DNA of 64,000 nucleotides from Verrucomicrobiota bacterium (GCA_039818205.1 JBCBUK010000004.1:8302-72301), one strand, 5' to 3'. Positions 51,831-62,361 are shown, counted from the stretch's first letter. The notes: a model not told the origin generated them from the sequence alone. Made by a program: numbers and translations.

Positions 51831-52862
51831 TTATTTTGCGGAGGCAATCACGGTTTCAACCAGCGTTTCTACGCATTCGATTTTGGCACTTGGCAGGATG
51901 CCATGGCCTAGATTGAAGATATGCCCAGGTGCGTTGTTCATTCCATTCAGGAGCTCTTCGGCCGCGGTCTTGACCACCTGAGGATTGGTGCTCAGCAGCG
52001 AAGGATCGAGGTTGCCTTGCAGTGCAACGGTATCGGGCGCCAGCTGACGGGTTTTGGGTAGATCGACAGTCCAGTCGATGCCGAGGACTTTGGCACCGCT
52101 GGCGGATAGGGACTCAAGGTGATGCACCATACCTTTTGCAAAAAGGATGATCCGGGTCTCTTCCGGGAGCGCATCGATGATTCGCCGAATCCATTTGAGC
52201 GACATCTCATGATAATCGGGGCCGGGGCAAGCCGAGGCCCAGCTATCGAAGATCTGAACACAGTCGGCGCCCGCAGCAAGTTGCATCTTGAGCAGCTCGG
52301 TAACCGCCTCGGATAGCTTCTCCATCAAGGAATCGAACTGCTTTCGATGCTCGTAGAAAAGTGCCTTGATCGCAGTGAAGTCTTTCGATGAGCCACCTTC
52401 GACCATGTAGCAGGCGAGCGTCCAGGGCGACCCAGCAAATCCGAGGACAGCGCGATCGCTACCGATCTCGCCATCAACCTGTTTCAGCGCTTGTGCAATG
52501 TAATTAAGCTTTTCAGGAATCGCCGAGGCCGGGGCGAGGCGATCGAGGTCTGCTGGCGTTTCCAAGCGAAAGTCCATTCCAATACCGCCCGCTTCGCGGA
52601 AGTGGTAGGGCTGCCCAAGCGCCTCGGGCACGATCAAAATATCGGAAAACACGATCGCTGCATCTAAAGCAAATCGGCGGAGCGGTTGCAGCGTCACCTC
52701 GGTTGCAAGGTCCGGCGTGCGAACCATGGTAACAAAATCGTACTGCTCCTTCAGTTTACGGTATTCAGGCAGATAGCGACCGGCTTGGCGCATGATCCAG
52801 ATGGGCGGTCGGTCAACGGCTTGGCAATTAGCAGCAGCAATGAAGCGTTCTTTTGAAGTCAT
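51831..52862 (-). CDS. hemE: Uroporphyrinogen decarboxylase
   Basis: [38 protein letters not shown]. Confidence 0.97.
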   Translation of the reverse strand: MTSKERFIAAANCQAVDRPPIWIMRQAGRYLPEYRKLKEQYDFVTMVRTPDLATEVTLQPLRRFALDAAIVFSDILIVPEALGQPYHFREAGGIGMDFRLETPADLDRLAPASAIPEKLNYIAQALKQVDGEIGSDRAVLGFAGSPWTLACYMVEGGSSKDFTAIKALFYEHRKQFDSLMEKLSEAVTELLKMQLAAGADCVQIFDSWASACPGPDYHEMSLKWIRRIIDALPEETRIILFAKGMVHHLESLSASGAKVLGIDWTVDLPKTRQLAPDTVALQGNLDPSLLSTNPQVVKTAAEELLNGMNNAPGHIFNLGHGILPSAKIECVETLVETVIASAK

Positions 52863-52915
52863 ACGGTTGTCTTTAAATCTCGAGGTTTCTCAATTTGGAG
52901 TATTCGGCCGGGCTC

Positions 52916-53839
52916 TTAGCTGATTGTGTGCCCATCCAGCCAATCACGGGGTCGCAGGAAATCGATCAGCTCGGCCTCTCGGCTACCGGCTTCTGGGGTG
53001 TGCCCATACTCCCAGCGCACCAGCGGTGGCAACGACATTAAAATTGACTCGGTTCGGCCGCCACTCTGCAGGCCAAACAGGGTTCCCCGGTCATAGAGTA
53101 AGTTGAATTCCACGTAGCGTCCGCGCCGGTACAGTTGCCATTGCCGTTCGCGGTCGCCGTAAGCGTGGTCGAGGCGGCGTTCAACGATCGGAACGTAGGC
53201 GCGCGGGTAAGATTCGGCAACGGAGCGCATAAAGCCGAAGGCCTGCTCGAAGTCAGGCTCATTCAAGTCATCGAAGAAAAGGCCGCCAACGCCGCGTGTT
53301 TCATCGCGATGCTTGAGGTAAAAATACTCGTCACACCATTTCTTGTAGCGCGGGTAGTAATCGTCGCCGAATGGCTGGCAAGCGACCTGCGCATTCTCAT
53401 GCCAAAGCTTCGCATCGTCCAAGAAGGGATAAATAGGTGTGAGGTCGAAGCCACCGCCAAACCACCAAACCGGCGCTTCGCCATCCTTTTCGGCAATGAA
53501 AAAGCGGACGTTTGCGTGCGAGGTTGGGGCGAAGGGGTTGCGTGGATGCATCACCACCGATACGCCCATTGCCCGGAATGAGCGGCCGGCTAACTGTGGG
53601 CGATGTGCGGTTGCTGATGCTGGCAGCGAACTACCTTGAACGTCTGAGAAATTTACGCCGCCTTTTTCAAATACCGCGCCGTTGTCCAATACTCGTGATT
53701 CACCGCCACCGCCTTCGGGACGTTTCCATTGCTCGGCGACGAAATCGCGACCGGGTTCGAGAGCACCATACTGTTCGCACAGTGAATTTTGATAGCGGCG
53801 GAGGAATTGATAAACGGCTTCTGCGTCGATGCTCGGCAT
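52916..53839 (-). CDS. hemF: Oxygen-dependent coproporphyrinogen III oxidase
   Basis: [49 protein letters not shown]. Confidence 0.97.
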   Translation of the reverse strand: MPSIDAEAVYQFLRRYQNSLCEQYGALEPGRDFVAEQWKRPEGGGGESRVLDNGAVFEKGGVNFSDVQGSSLPASATAHRPQLAGRSFRAMGVSVVMHPRNPFAPTSHANVRFFIAEKDGEAPVWWFGGGFDLTPIYPFLDDAKLWHENAQVACQPFGDDYYPRYKKWCDEYFYLKHRDETRGVGGLFFDDLNEPDFEQAFGFMRSVAESYPRAYVPIVERRLDHAYGDRERQWQLYRRGRYVEFNLLYDRGTLFGLQSGGRTESILMSLPPLVRWEYGHTPEAGSREAELIDFLRPRDWLDGHTIS

Positions 53840-53954
53840 GGGTCGGTGGACGTAACTCTAGGGCTGGTTGATCTTCAGTGAGATCCTTTTCTATGCACGC
53901 GAATCCAGGGGTCGTCCACAACAAGATTCGTTTTTGTCGCTAAGTGCGGACCTC

Positions 53955-54224
53955 TCAGAGCACGAAGGTCAGTGCGAAAATGATTATCGTGATAGCGGCA
54001 ATGATTCCGACGACAAGACGCTTAGCGGGCCAATCTCCGTAGACTCCGCCTTTGTTTATGCAGCCGTCCGTCTCGTCAAAGGCTTCGTCGGGCAGATCGA
54101 TGCCATCAAGGTAGGCCGTATCTTCGTTCCAGCCGGTGCGCTCATCAGCACCGCATTCGGGGCAAGAAGGCGACCCAGTTTCGACGGATTCGCCACAAAC
54201 CGGACAGGTGAAAAAGCGACTCAT
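53955..54224 (-). CDS. Small zinc-ribbon protein with C-terminal TM anchor
   Basis: CPVCG...CPECGADE.TGW; hydrophobic C-terminus. Confidence 0.75.
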   Translation of the reverse strand: MSRFFTCPVCGESVETGSPSCPECGADERTGWNEDTAYLDGIDLPDEAFDETDGCINKGGVYGDWPAKRLVVGIIAAITIIIFALTFVL

Positions 54225-54250
54225 ACGTGAGGCTTGTTCAGTGTCACCGT

Positions 54251-54535
54251 CTATTTCAATGCAAAATTGATCCGAAAGGAATTCTCCGAGGATTCTTCGC
54301 TCTTGGAGAATCGCTCTGAGCCAGAGCGAATCATGATCTTGCCTTCATAGATCCAACGATAAACTGCGCTACTGCGGCCGGAGTTGAATTTGACCCGTGA
54401 GAACACCAGCTCTCGCTCGGAACTGCCCAGCTTGACCGGCACGCTGTAAGAATCTTCCTCGCAGGACATCGGGTCCGGAAGGCTTTCGCTGGCGCGCTTT
54501 ACTTGATCAAGAGACGGGAGAAATCGTTTGCTCAT
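54251..54535 (-). CDS. Hypothetical protein
   Basis: 94-aa ATG-started ORF co-oriented with the downstream genes. Confidence 0.6.
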   Translation of the reverse strand: MSKRFLPSLDQVKRASESLPDPMSCEEDSYSVPVKLGSSERELVFSRVKFNSGRSSAVYRWIYEGKIMIRSGSERFSKSEESSENSFRINFALK

Positions 54536-54977
54536 ACTGGATAAAGATCACGATCTAATTTGGAAGATATATGTCAAGTTGCATTCGTGTTAACGTTTTA
54601 TGAAATCTCGGTTTATCCGAATCAGTGTCCGTTAATTAGAAAGTCTTAACGGTAGCATTAGCGAACTTATCATAGTGTCGATAAAATGATATCTGAATAA
54701 GTGTATATGCCTAGCTATAGTGGCTTTTATGCTTATGGGTTAGGGCCGTATTTCGGCGCTGTTAGGGGCTTTTGCTCCTGCTTGGCATGGGTTTGCGAGA
54801 CCTATTCTCAATGCTTCTTGCAGCTGCATTTTCGCTTAAAAAAATACAGAAGATTTCAAGCTATAGTGATATATAGATACCACGCCGCTCTACTGTATCG
54901 AGCACCTACTTGTTCACTTTGATAGTTGACCCGGTCTTATTTGGTCGGTAATTTTGTTAAAAATTTGTTTTAAATTT

Positions 54978-55153
54978 ACAGGAGAATAGGTCGATCTACC
55001 TATGTTCCTGTTCAGGTTTCTCTAGCCTAGCTAGGGATTATTGGGGAATATACGAGAAGCCGCTCTCTCTAGGGGTAGGGAGAGCGGCCCTACTGATTGC
55101 CGTAAATGATATTCCCATTTCAGTCATTCAATGATTGAAGGCGGGCCTGACAG
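54978..55153. ncRNA. Candidate structured RNA (5' leader of the antiporter or 6S-like sRNA); family unassigned
   Basis: Nested complementary segments: 54978-54991/54998-55011, 55008-55016/55146-55153, 55044-55051/55109-55116, 55059-55067/55080-55088, 55119-55127/55131-55139. Confidence 0.35.
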
Positions 55154-55168
55154 TTACATGCTGAAATC

Positions 55169-57547
55169 ATGAGCATGGAAGGGCATACTCCGGTGTTAAT
55201 CAACGACTTGGCCGTTGTGTTGATTTGTGCTGCCGGGGTTACTCTGCTGTTCAAACGCCTGCGTCTGCCCGTTTTTTTTGGTTATCTGGTTGGTGGCCTG
55301 CTTCTTAGTCCTAATTTGTGGGATCGGTCACCAGTCCGGGACTTGGAAACGATTCAGGCTTTGAGCGAATTAGGCGTCGTCTTCTTGATGTTTTCTTTGG
55401 GCCTCGAGTTCGATTTACGCCGATTGCGTCAGGTGCTTGGCCCTTCATTATTAGCAATCGTTTTACAAACGGTATTGATGCTCTTTTTGGGGTCTCAGGT
55501 TGCGCCCTTGTTGGGTTGGGGGGTGGTCCAAGGCTTGTTTCTGGGGTCAATTTTAGCGATCAGCTCGTCGATGGTAACGGTTGCCATATTGAGAGAACTC
55601 GGGCGTTGGCGGAAGCCGCACGCTCAGTTGGCCGTTGGGGTGTTGATATTAGAGGACATCCTTGCAATTGCCTTGTTGGTGATTCTATCCGGGGTCGCCG
55701 TTTCGGGAACCCCGCAGTGGAGTGCGGTTGGCGGTGTTACGTTCCTGATCTGCCTGTTTGTGGTTGCGATTTATTATTTCGGGAAGCTCGTCGCACCGCG
55801 TTTGCTGGGCTTTTTGGAGAAACATGGGAGCGCCGAGCTGATAACGATTTCGGTGGTAGCGTTGATGCTTGGTCTTTGCCTGTTGGCCGAGCAATTTGAT
55901 CTATCGGTCGCGCTGGGAGCGTTTTTGGCAGGCTCGATCCTTTCGCAGACTTCGCTTACAAAGGATATCGAACACACAACTGAGCCGCTGCGTAATGTAT
56001 TCTGCGCCGTTTTTTTTGTCTCGGTTGGCATGCTGATCGACCCAGAATCGCTTTGGGAAAACATTGGTGTGATTTTATTGATCACGGTTACCATGCAGCT
56101 TTTGAAGATTGGCTCGGTCTGGCTGGGCTTCTTTTTGGCGGGCCAACGAACAGATACGTCTTTTCGCGCCGCAACGGTTAAGTCGCAGATCGGGGAGTTT
56201 TCATTTATTATTGCCGCGTTAGGCCAGAGTCTTGGCGTTACTGACGGTTCTTTGATGTCAATTGCCGTAGGCGTATCCGTCCTGAGTAGTGGCGGCAGTA
56301 TTTTCTTGGCCAAACAAGCCGATCCGATTCACACCTGGTTGGCGAAACGCATGCCCAAAAGCCTGGCTACTGGTGGGCAGTTTTATCTCAACCTTCTGGA
56401 AAGTGTCGGCACCCGTGCCGAGAAGGCGATTCTACTGAGGCTGATCAAGCGCCCTATACTGCAGATCTTGTTTAATTTCCTGCTGCTCAATGTCTTCGTG
56501 TTGCTTGCGTATTTGGCGAACGGGGTTGTTCTCCAGCATTTTGAGGCGGATCCAAACCTTGGGCTTATGGCTGGGCTGGCCGTGTGGATGTTAGCCGGTA
56601 TTGTTAGTCTACCGTTTGTCACTGCGATGATTCGTAATCTGAACGCGATCGTTATGATGGTGATGGATTCGTTTTTAGCCACTGGGGCTACGCGGTCCTT
56701 TATTCAGGGCCGCATTCGAAACATATTTCATGGCGTGATTACGCTGAGCGTTGTGCTCATGGTCAGCGTGTTTTATCTCACCGTGGCCGCTCAATACCTC
56801 CCAACAGGGGTTGCCTTGGTAGCGATGTTGTTACTGATTATCGCAAGTGCGACTTTCTTCTGGAACCGTATTATCCGTTTCAACAGCCAGTTGGAATATC
56901 TGTTCATGGAGAGCTTTAACCAGCGAATTGTTGATGAAGAGGCGGATCGGCGGGAATCCACCTTGGCCGCGATTGAAAAGAGCTACCCGTGGCCAGTTAC
57001 GGTACGAGAAGTTGCTATTCCGGCGGGGGCAACGGTCAGCGGTAAACGATTAAAGGACACCGATCTGCGATCAAAAACCGGAGCTTCGGTGGTGGCTTTG
57101 TCGCGGGCGGGGCAGGTAATATATGGCCTTGATCCTGACGAGGTGATTTTTCCCGGTGATCATTGGTATGTTTTTGGTGGAGAGTCTCAGATTACCCAAG
57201 CCGAGAAGCTGTTAACGGAATTTGGGAGCTCGCCAGTTTTGAGCCATGCGGCGCCCGCTTTAAATATTGAAAAGGTCTACATCAATCGGGATTCGCCCCT
57301 TGTTGAGGAAACCCTGGCCAGTGCAGAGCTGCGGAATAAGCATGGGGTCAACGTGTTGGGAATTCAGCGGGGAGAGCGTCGCATTACGAGTCCAACCCCA
57401 GAAGAAATCATCCAAGCCCATGACGTTTTGTATGTTATTGGCGCACAAGTCGCCGTGACTCAATTGGAGAGCCTTCGGCGCGAGCCGGAGGATGGCGAAA
57501 ATGATGGTCAGGCAATCGGTTCGGAAGTAGACCGGGGACAAAATTGA
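55169..57547 (+). CDS. CPA2-family cation:proton antiporter with extra TM block and two C-terminal RCK_C (TrkA-C) domains
   Basis: LGVVFLMFSLGLEF, AISSS, LILEDI, LGAFLAG, FFVSVG, QIGEFSF; DLRSKTGASVVAL and ELRNKHGVNVLGIQR. Confidence 0.9.
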   Translation: MSMEGHTPVLINDLAVVLICAAGVTLLFKRLRLPVFFGYLVGGLLLSPNLWDRSPVRDLETIQALSELGVVFLMFSLGLEFDLRRLRQVLGPSLLAIVLQTVLMLFLGSQVAPLLGWGVVQGLFLGSILAISSSMVTVAILRELGRWRKPHAQLAVGVLILEDILAIALLVILSGVAVSGTPQWSAVGGVTFLICLFVVAIYYFGKLVAPRLLGFLEKHGSAELITISVVALMLGLCLLAEQFDLSVALGAFLAGSILSQTSLTKDIEHTTEPLRNVFCAVFFVSVGMLIDPESLWENIGVILLITVTMQLLKIGSVWLGFFLAGQRTDTSFRAATVKSQIGEFSFIIAALGQSLGVTDGSLMSIAVGVSVLSSGGSIFLAKQADPIHTWLAKRMPKSLATGGQFYLNLLESVGTRAEKAILLRLIKRPILQILFNFLLLNVFVLLAYLANGVVLQHFEADPNLGLMAGLAVWMLAGIVSLPFVTAMIRNLNAIVMMVMDSFLATGATRSFIQGRIRNIFHGVITLSVVLMVSVFYLTVAAQYLPTGVALVAMLLLIIASATFFWNRIIRFNSQLEYLFMESFNQRIVDEEADRRESTLAAIEKSYPWPVTVREVAIPAGATVSGKRLKDTDLRSKTGASVVALSRAGQVIYGLDPDEVIFPGDHWYVFGGESQITQAEKLLTEFGSSPVLSHAAPALNIEKVYINRDSPLVEETLASAELRNKHGVNVLGIQRGERRITSPTPEEIIQAHDVLYVIGAQVAVTQLESLRREPEDGENDGQAIGSEVDRGQN

Positions 57548-57593
57548 TTTCTCCGCTTGCCCCGGGACGGGCTCGTCTGCCAAATTTTCGTTT

Positions 57594-58373
57594 ATGCTTC
57601 GTTGCGGCTTAAATGCTCTAATCGTGACTTTGTTGCTACTGTTGGGTGGCTGCGACCAATACGGTGGCGACAGTTTGGTCGATGAGACCGACGAGAAACA
57701 CTACCAACGTGGGCAACGCCTATTGCGCGAGGGCCGCCATGGTGAAGCCCTCAACGCGTTTCTTAAGGTGGTCGAGAAACGGCCGGACGCTGCGGAGTCT
57801 CACCTGGAAGCGGGCATTCTCTATCAACAGCACGTCGGTGATCCGGTTGCGTCGATCTACCATCTGCGTCGATATCTGGAGCTTTCGCCCAACACTCGAG
57901 AAGCGGAAAAGGTCGAGCAGATGATCGAATCTTCCAAGAAGGACTTTGCACGACAGCTTCCTGGGCAACCGTACGATGCCGCGATTGATCGCTTAGATCT
58001 GTTGGAAATGTTGGAGGTGGTTCGCCAGGAGAACGAAGAGTTGAAGCGGCAACTTGCGGCGGCTCGACAAGGGATTGCTTCGTCTCCGCGGGTGACGGCT
58101 CCCACAACGAATCAACGGCAAACCGCGACTCGCCAACCCTCCAGCCCAACCGTTCAGCGGACACCACCGCCGACCCGGGAGCAACCGCCTGCTCAAACCC
58201 CAAACACCGGTGCACGCACCTACGAAGTGGTAGCGGGCGATACGCTGACGCGCATCAGCACCAAGGTTTACGGAGAACCGTCTCGTTTTCAGGACATTTT
58301 TAACGCGAACCGGGATCAGTTGCCGAATCCGAACGCTTTGAGAGTTGGGCAGCGGCTTAAGATCCCCGAGTAG
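57594..58373 (+). CDS. Lipoprotein with TPR, coiled coil and C-terminal LysM
   Basis: Lipobox LGGC; TPR-like helices; YEVVAGDTL..I...YG....IFNAN...LRVGQRLKIP. Confidence 0.85.
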   Translation: MLRCGLNALIVTLLLLLGGCDQYGGDSLVDETDEKHYQRGQRLLREGRHGEALNAFLKVVEKRPDAAESHLEAGILYQQHVGDPVASIYHLRRYLELSPNTREAEKVEQMIESSKKDFARQLPGQPYDAAIDRLDLLEMLEVVRQENEELKRQLAAARQGIASSPRVTAPTTNQRQTATRQPSSPTVQRTPPPTREQPPAQTPNTGARTYEVVAGDTLTRISTKVYGEPSRFQDIFNANRDQLPNPNALRVGQRLKIPE

Positions 58374-58376
58374 GTG

Positions 58377-59531
58377 ATGAATGGCTACTTCGATGCCAAT
58401 GCGACCACGCCTCTGTGCTCGGAGGCGCGGGCGGCGCTCATTGAGGCCATGGATCACCACTGGCAGAATCCTTCGAGTCCCTACCGGTCGGCGGCGCAGG
58501 TCCATGTTCGCCTTGAGCAAGCGCGCTCGAACCTTGCGGGGTTGTTTCAGGTCAATCCCGACTCAGTCATCTTTAACTCTGGCGCTACAGAGGGGAATTT
58601 CAGCGTATTTTCTTACTGGCGCGGTTTGGTCGCTCGGGACGCGAAGATTGCCGTCAGCAGCATTGAGCATCCGAGCGTTTTAGAAAACGCCCGCCAATTA
58701 TTTGGCGAATCCTTGGTTGAAATGCCCGTCGATGAATCGGGACGGGTTGCGCTATCGGCCATTGAGGATGCGGTAGCTGCAGGGGCAACGTTCATTTCTC
58801 TCATGGCAGCCAACAACGAGACTGGCGTCTTGCAACCATGGCATGACGCATTGGAAATTTGCCGTCAGAAACAAATTGCCCTGCACGTGGATGCGTCGCA
58901 ATGGGTTGGGCGAGAGCCGCTGGTTGGTTTGGCGGAGGCAGACTTTGTGACCGCATGCGCCCACAAATTTGGTGGCCCGAAGGGAGCCGGTTTCGTTCTC
59001 GTACGGAATGTATTCTCTAGTTTCGCTGGGCAGCGGGGAGGATCCCAGGAGAACGATCATCGAGCCGGTACGGAAAATTTTCCTGCGATTGCGGCGATGG
59101 TCACCGCACTCCAAACGCGAGAAGCTCAGCGTGAGGCAACAAATCAATCGTGGCTGCGGGGTCGTGAACAATTCTTGAAAACTATTCGAGCCGGTATTCC
59201 TGAGCTTGTCTTTTGGGGAGACAATGCACCGCGACTCGCGAACACGGTGAGTTTGTGCCTACCAAAGGGGGAGAACAGCCGCTGGGTGCGCTTACTCGAT
59301 CAACGGGGCTTTGATGTCTCAACCGGATCGGCTTGTGCAACTGGTCAGGCGGGGCCGTCGCATGTGTTGGCGGCCATGGCTGTGTCGCCGGAGCAGGCCC
59401 GACAAACGATTCGAGTGTCTGCGCTAGCGACTACTTTGGAATCAGATTGGCAGGCATTGGGCGAGGCATTGGTTGCCGTTTGGCAAACGATCAATGAGCC
59501 GCCGACCCAATCGCAGGTGATTGAGGTCTGA
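58377..59531 (+). CDS. Cysteine desulfurase (NifS/IscS-type)
   Basis: YFDANATTP, NPSS, SGATE, EHPSV, ANNETG, HKFGGPKG, RAGTEN, STGSAC. Confidence 0.9.
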   Translation: MNGYFDANATTPLCSEARAALIEAMDHHWQNPSSPYRSAAQVHVRLEQARSNLAGLFQVNPDSVIFNSGATEGNFSVFSYWRGLVARDAKIAVSSIEHPSVLENARQLFGESLVEMPVDESGRVALSAIEDAVAAGATFISLMAANNETGVLQPWHDALEICRQKQIALHVDASQWVGREPLVGLAEADFVTACAHKFGGPKGAGFVLVRNVFSSFAGQRGGSQENDHRAGTENFPAIAAMVTALQTREAQREATNQSWLRGREQFLKTIRAGIPELVFWGDNAPRLANTVSLCLPKGENSRWVRLLDQRGFDVSTGSACATGQAGPSHVLAAMAVSPEQARQTIRVSALATTLESDWQALGEALVAVWQTINEPPTQSQVIEV

Positions 59532-59547
59532 TATTGAGGCGCTTGAA

Positions 59548-60006
59548 TCAATCAGGGATATCGGGCAGGCGGATGGTCTGTCTTTGCGAAGCTGGCAGCG
59601 GGTAGCCCACTGATTGAAAATCCCAAAGTGAAATTTTGTTGTCCTCGAATTCAATGGACAAGTGGCCATTGGTCGATTCCCAAGCCGCGGCCCATTGGCC
59701 ACTCGATGGTGTGACAAAACGGCCTGAGTTTTCATCAGTTGCGGGATATTGCTTCGCGTTGTACTCCCAAACTTCGATATCGGCGATCTGGTATTGGGCT
59801 TGGGGAGGGCCGAGCGCGATGTAAACCGCCTCACGTGAGTCTCCCGCGCAAATTTCTCCCCGCAGTAGGCGGGCCTGATCTCCTTCCGGTAGGCCGTTGT
59901 ATGCATGTGAGTATTGGCGTGCTCGGTGTTCGTGGGTAGTGCCACAGCCAGCTAGTGCAAGGATAGCGAGACAGGTGAGGGCGAATCTCAGGGTCTTTGG
60001 AGACAT
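59548..60006 (-). CDS. Hypothetical lipoprotein (SmpA/BamE-like pattern)
   Basis: Lipobox LAGC; G.SREAVYIALGPP...EVWEY...IEFEDNKI. Confidence 0.65.
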   Translation of the reverse strand: MSPKTLRFALTCLAILALAGCGTTHEHRARQYSHAYNGLPEGDQARLLRGEICAGDSREAVYIALGPPQAQYQIADIEVWEYNAKQYPATDENSGRFVTPSSGQWAAAWESTNGHLSIEFEDNKISLWDFQSVGYPLPASQRQTIRLPDIPD

Positions 60007-60135
60007 GATGGTTAACCGTGAAATGATGACTGAACCAATAAGCAACTTAATTCGCCCGGACTGGCCCGTGCGGCGTGAGGCGAAAACCGTTGCCATGTCC
60101 GATTGGAGGCTTTTGCTGGAGGAAAAATATCTATT

Positions 60136-61317
60136 ATGGTCGTTAAACCTCGAGTTCGTGGATTCGTGTGCGTGACCGCTCACCCAGAAGGGTGCGCGAA
60201 AAACGTGCAGGAACAAATTGATTACGTAAAAGCAAAGGGCCCGGTTGCGGGCGGTCCTAAAAAAGTTCTGGTGATCGGAGCATCGACCGGCTACGGGCTC
60301 TCATCGCGAATCGCGGCTGCTTTTGGTTCCGATGCCGCTACATTCGGGGTATTCTTTGAACGTCCAAGCGATAAGGGGCGCCCAGCATCGGCTGGTTGGT
60401 ACAACACGGTTGCTTTAGAAAACGCTGCGCAGGACGCTGGTCTCTACGCAAAGAGCATTAATGGAGACGCGTTTTCGAATGAGATCCGCCAACAGGTGAT
60501 TGAAACGCTAAAGGCGGATTTGGGACAGGTTGATCTCGTGATCTATAGCTTGGCATCTCCGCGCCGCACAGATCCTAAGACGGGCGAAACCTACAACAGC
60601 ACATTGAAACCCGTTGGCCGACGCTTTTCGGCCAAGTCAGTCAATACTGACAAAGGGATTGTCACCGATGTTTCCCTCGACCCCGCCACCGACGAAGACA
60701 TCGCGAATACCATCAAGGTGATGGGGGGCGAGGACTGGACACTTTGGATGGAGGCTTTGAAAGAAGCGGATGCGCTGACTCCTGACGCTCAGGCAATTGC
60801 TTATTCATACATCGGGCCGGAGGTAACTTTCCCAATCTACCGCGAAGGAACGATCGGCAACGCCAAGACCGATTTGGAGAATACCGCTAAGGATCTTCGG
60901 GAAGCCGGTTTCAAGGCCTATGTCTCGGTTAATAAAGCCGTCGTGACACAGGCGAGCTCGGCAATTCCCGTGGTGCCCTTGTATATCTCGATCCTCTTCA
61001 AGATCATGAAAGAGAAGGGAATTCATGAGGGATGCATCGAGCAGATGGATCGTATGTTGCGGGAGAAAATTTACGTCGATGGCGGTCCCGTGGTCGATGA
61101 TGCCTCCTTGATCCGGGTCGATGACTGGGAGATGCGCGAGGACATTCAACAGGCCGTAAAAGATGCGTGGACCAGCATCAGCTCGGACAACCTCAAAACG
61201 GATACTGATTTCGATGGCTATCAGGCCGATTTCTTGCGCCTCTTTGGATTTGGTCTCGATGGTGTCGATTACGCGGCAGAAGTCGAAGTCGAGGTGGCGA
61301 TACCAAGCATCGGTTAG
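60136..61317 (+). CDS. fabV: Enoyl-ACP reductase FabV / trans-2-enoyl-CoA reductase
   Basis: KPRVRGFVC..AHP.GC, IGASTGYGL, YSLASPRR, VMGGEDW, YSYIG, GTIG.AK, HEGCIEQ. Confidence 0.95.
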   Translation: MVVKPRVRGFVCVTAHPEGCAKNVQEQIDYVKAKGPVAGGPKKVLVIGASTGYGLSSRIAAAFGSDAATFGVFFERPSDKGRPASAGWYNTVALENAAQDAGLYAKSINGDAFSNEIRQQVIETLKADLGQVDLVIYSLASPRRTDPKTGETYNSTLKPVGRRFSAKSVNTDKGIVTDVSLDPATDEDIANTIKVMGGEDWTLWMEALKEADALTPDAQAIAYSYIGPEVTFPIYREGTIGNAKTDLENTAKDLREAGFKAYVSVNKAVVTQASSAIPVVPLYISILFKIMKEKGIHEGCIEQMDRMLREKIYVDGGPVVDDASLIRVDDWEMREDIQQAVKDAWTSISSDNLKTDTDFDGYQADFLRLFGFGLDGVDYAAEVEVEVAIPSIG

Positions 61318-61366
61318 AACGAGTGGGGAGCCTGCGACATTGGTCCGCAGGTTATAGGTAAGAACC

Positions 61367-62323
61367 ATGAAAATAATTGTTACTGGAGCCAGCGGTCTCG
61401 TTGGACATGCCTTTTTGCAAGAAGCGGTTCGCCGCCGGCACGAGATCATCGCCGTCTCGGGATCGCGGGAGGCCGCGCTTCCTGAAGGGGTGCGAGGAAA
61501 ACAATTCGATCTGAGCCAGACGGCTGAGATCGAAGGGTTGATTCTCGAAGAGTTTCCGGACATCATCGTTAATTGTGCGGCGGTTTCGAGCCCGGCTGGT
61601 GTGGATGCCGATCCGAACTATGCGGAGAAGGTCAATGTGGCCTTGCCGCGTCACTTGGCAATGTTGGCCAACCACCTGAGTGCGCGTTTTTACCACCTGT
61701 CTACGGACATGGTTTTCGAGGGAGTGGAAGGCCCTTATCGCTCAACCGATGCCCCGAATCCGCGAAATCTATATGGCCAGCTGAAACTACTGTCAGAGCG
61801 AGAGGTCCTGAAGTTTGGCAAAGAGTTTGCAACGGTCTTACGGATCGCAATCGTCACTGGAAACAGTCCAGGTGGCGAGCGATCTCTGCACGAACGCCTC
61901 TTTAAACAGTGGGCAGAAGGCAAGCGGACGCCGCTCTACACCAATGAGATTCGCCAGCCCGTTGGAGTCACCAATATTGCAGAAGTGCTTGGTGAATTGT
62001 GCGAGCGACCATCGCTACATGGACTCTTTCATTGGGCTGGTATCGATAAGCTCTCGCGCTACGAAATCGGTCAGAAAATATTGCGCCGGTTTGATTTGCC
62101 GGAGGATTTAATCGAGCCTGCGGAAGCTACTCCGGATCGCCCGCTTGATCTGACATTGGAACTCGAGCCCTTGCTTTCCAAATTGCGAACACCGCCGATG
62201 CGATTTGACGATCAGGTTGCCGCGATGGAGATTCCGACCTTCTGTCGTGCTTGGTATGCGACCATCACACGCCAAGACGTCGAAGAACCCCGTGAACGGT
62301 TCATTAAGGGACGGGATTTTTAG
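61367..62323 (+). CDS. Extended SDR, RmlD (dTDP-4-dehydrorhamnose reductase)-like
   Basis: TGASGLVG, VNCAA, STDMVF, P.NLYGQLK. Confidence 0.8.
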   Translation: MKIIVTGASGLVGHAFLQEAVRRRHEIIAVSGSREAALPEGVRGKQFDLSQTAEIEGLILEEFPDIIVNCAAVSSPAGVDADPNYAEKVNVALPRHLAMLANHLSARFYHLSTDMVFEGVEGPYRSTDAPNPRNLYGQLKLLSEREVLKFGKEFATVLRIAIVTGNSPGGERSLHERLFKQWAEGKRTPLYTNEIRQPVGVTNIAEVLGELCERPSLHGLFHWAGIDKLSRYEIGQKILRRFDLPEDLIEPAEATPDRPLDLTLELEPLLSKLRTPPMRFDDQVAAMEIPTFCRAWYATITRQDVEEPRERFIKGRDF

Positions 62324-62361
62324 GCGGTTTCTTCAGTCAAATCTTTGCCGGGCCGTTCTGA

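Noticed and set aside
54701..54922. 73-aa ORF in the AT-rich intergenic region
   Set aside because: GTG start, atypical composition and no motif; it cannot be supported, though it is not excluded.
54536..55168. oriC or c-di-AMP (ydaO) riboswitch
   Set aside because: I found no cluster of DnaA boxes and none of the ydaO conserved blocks by eye.
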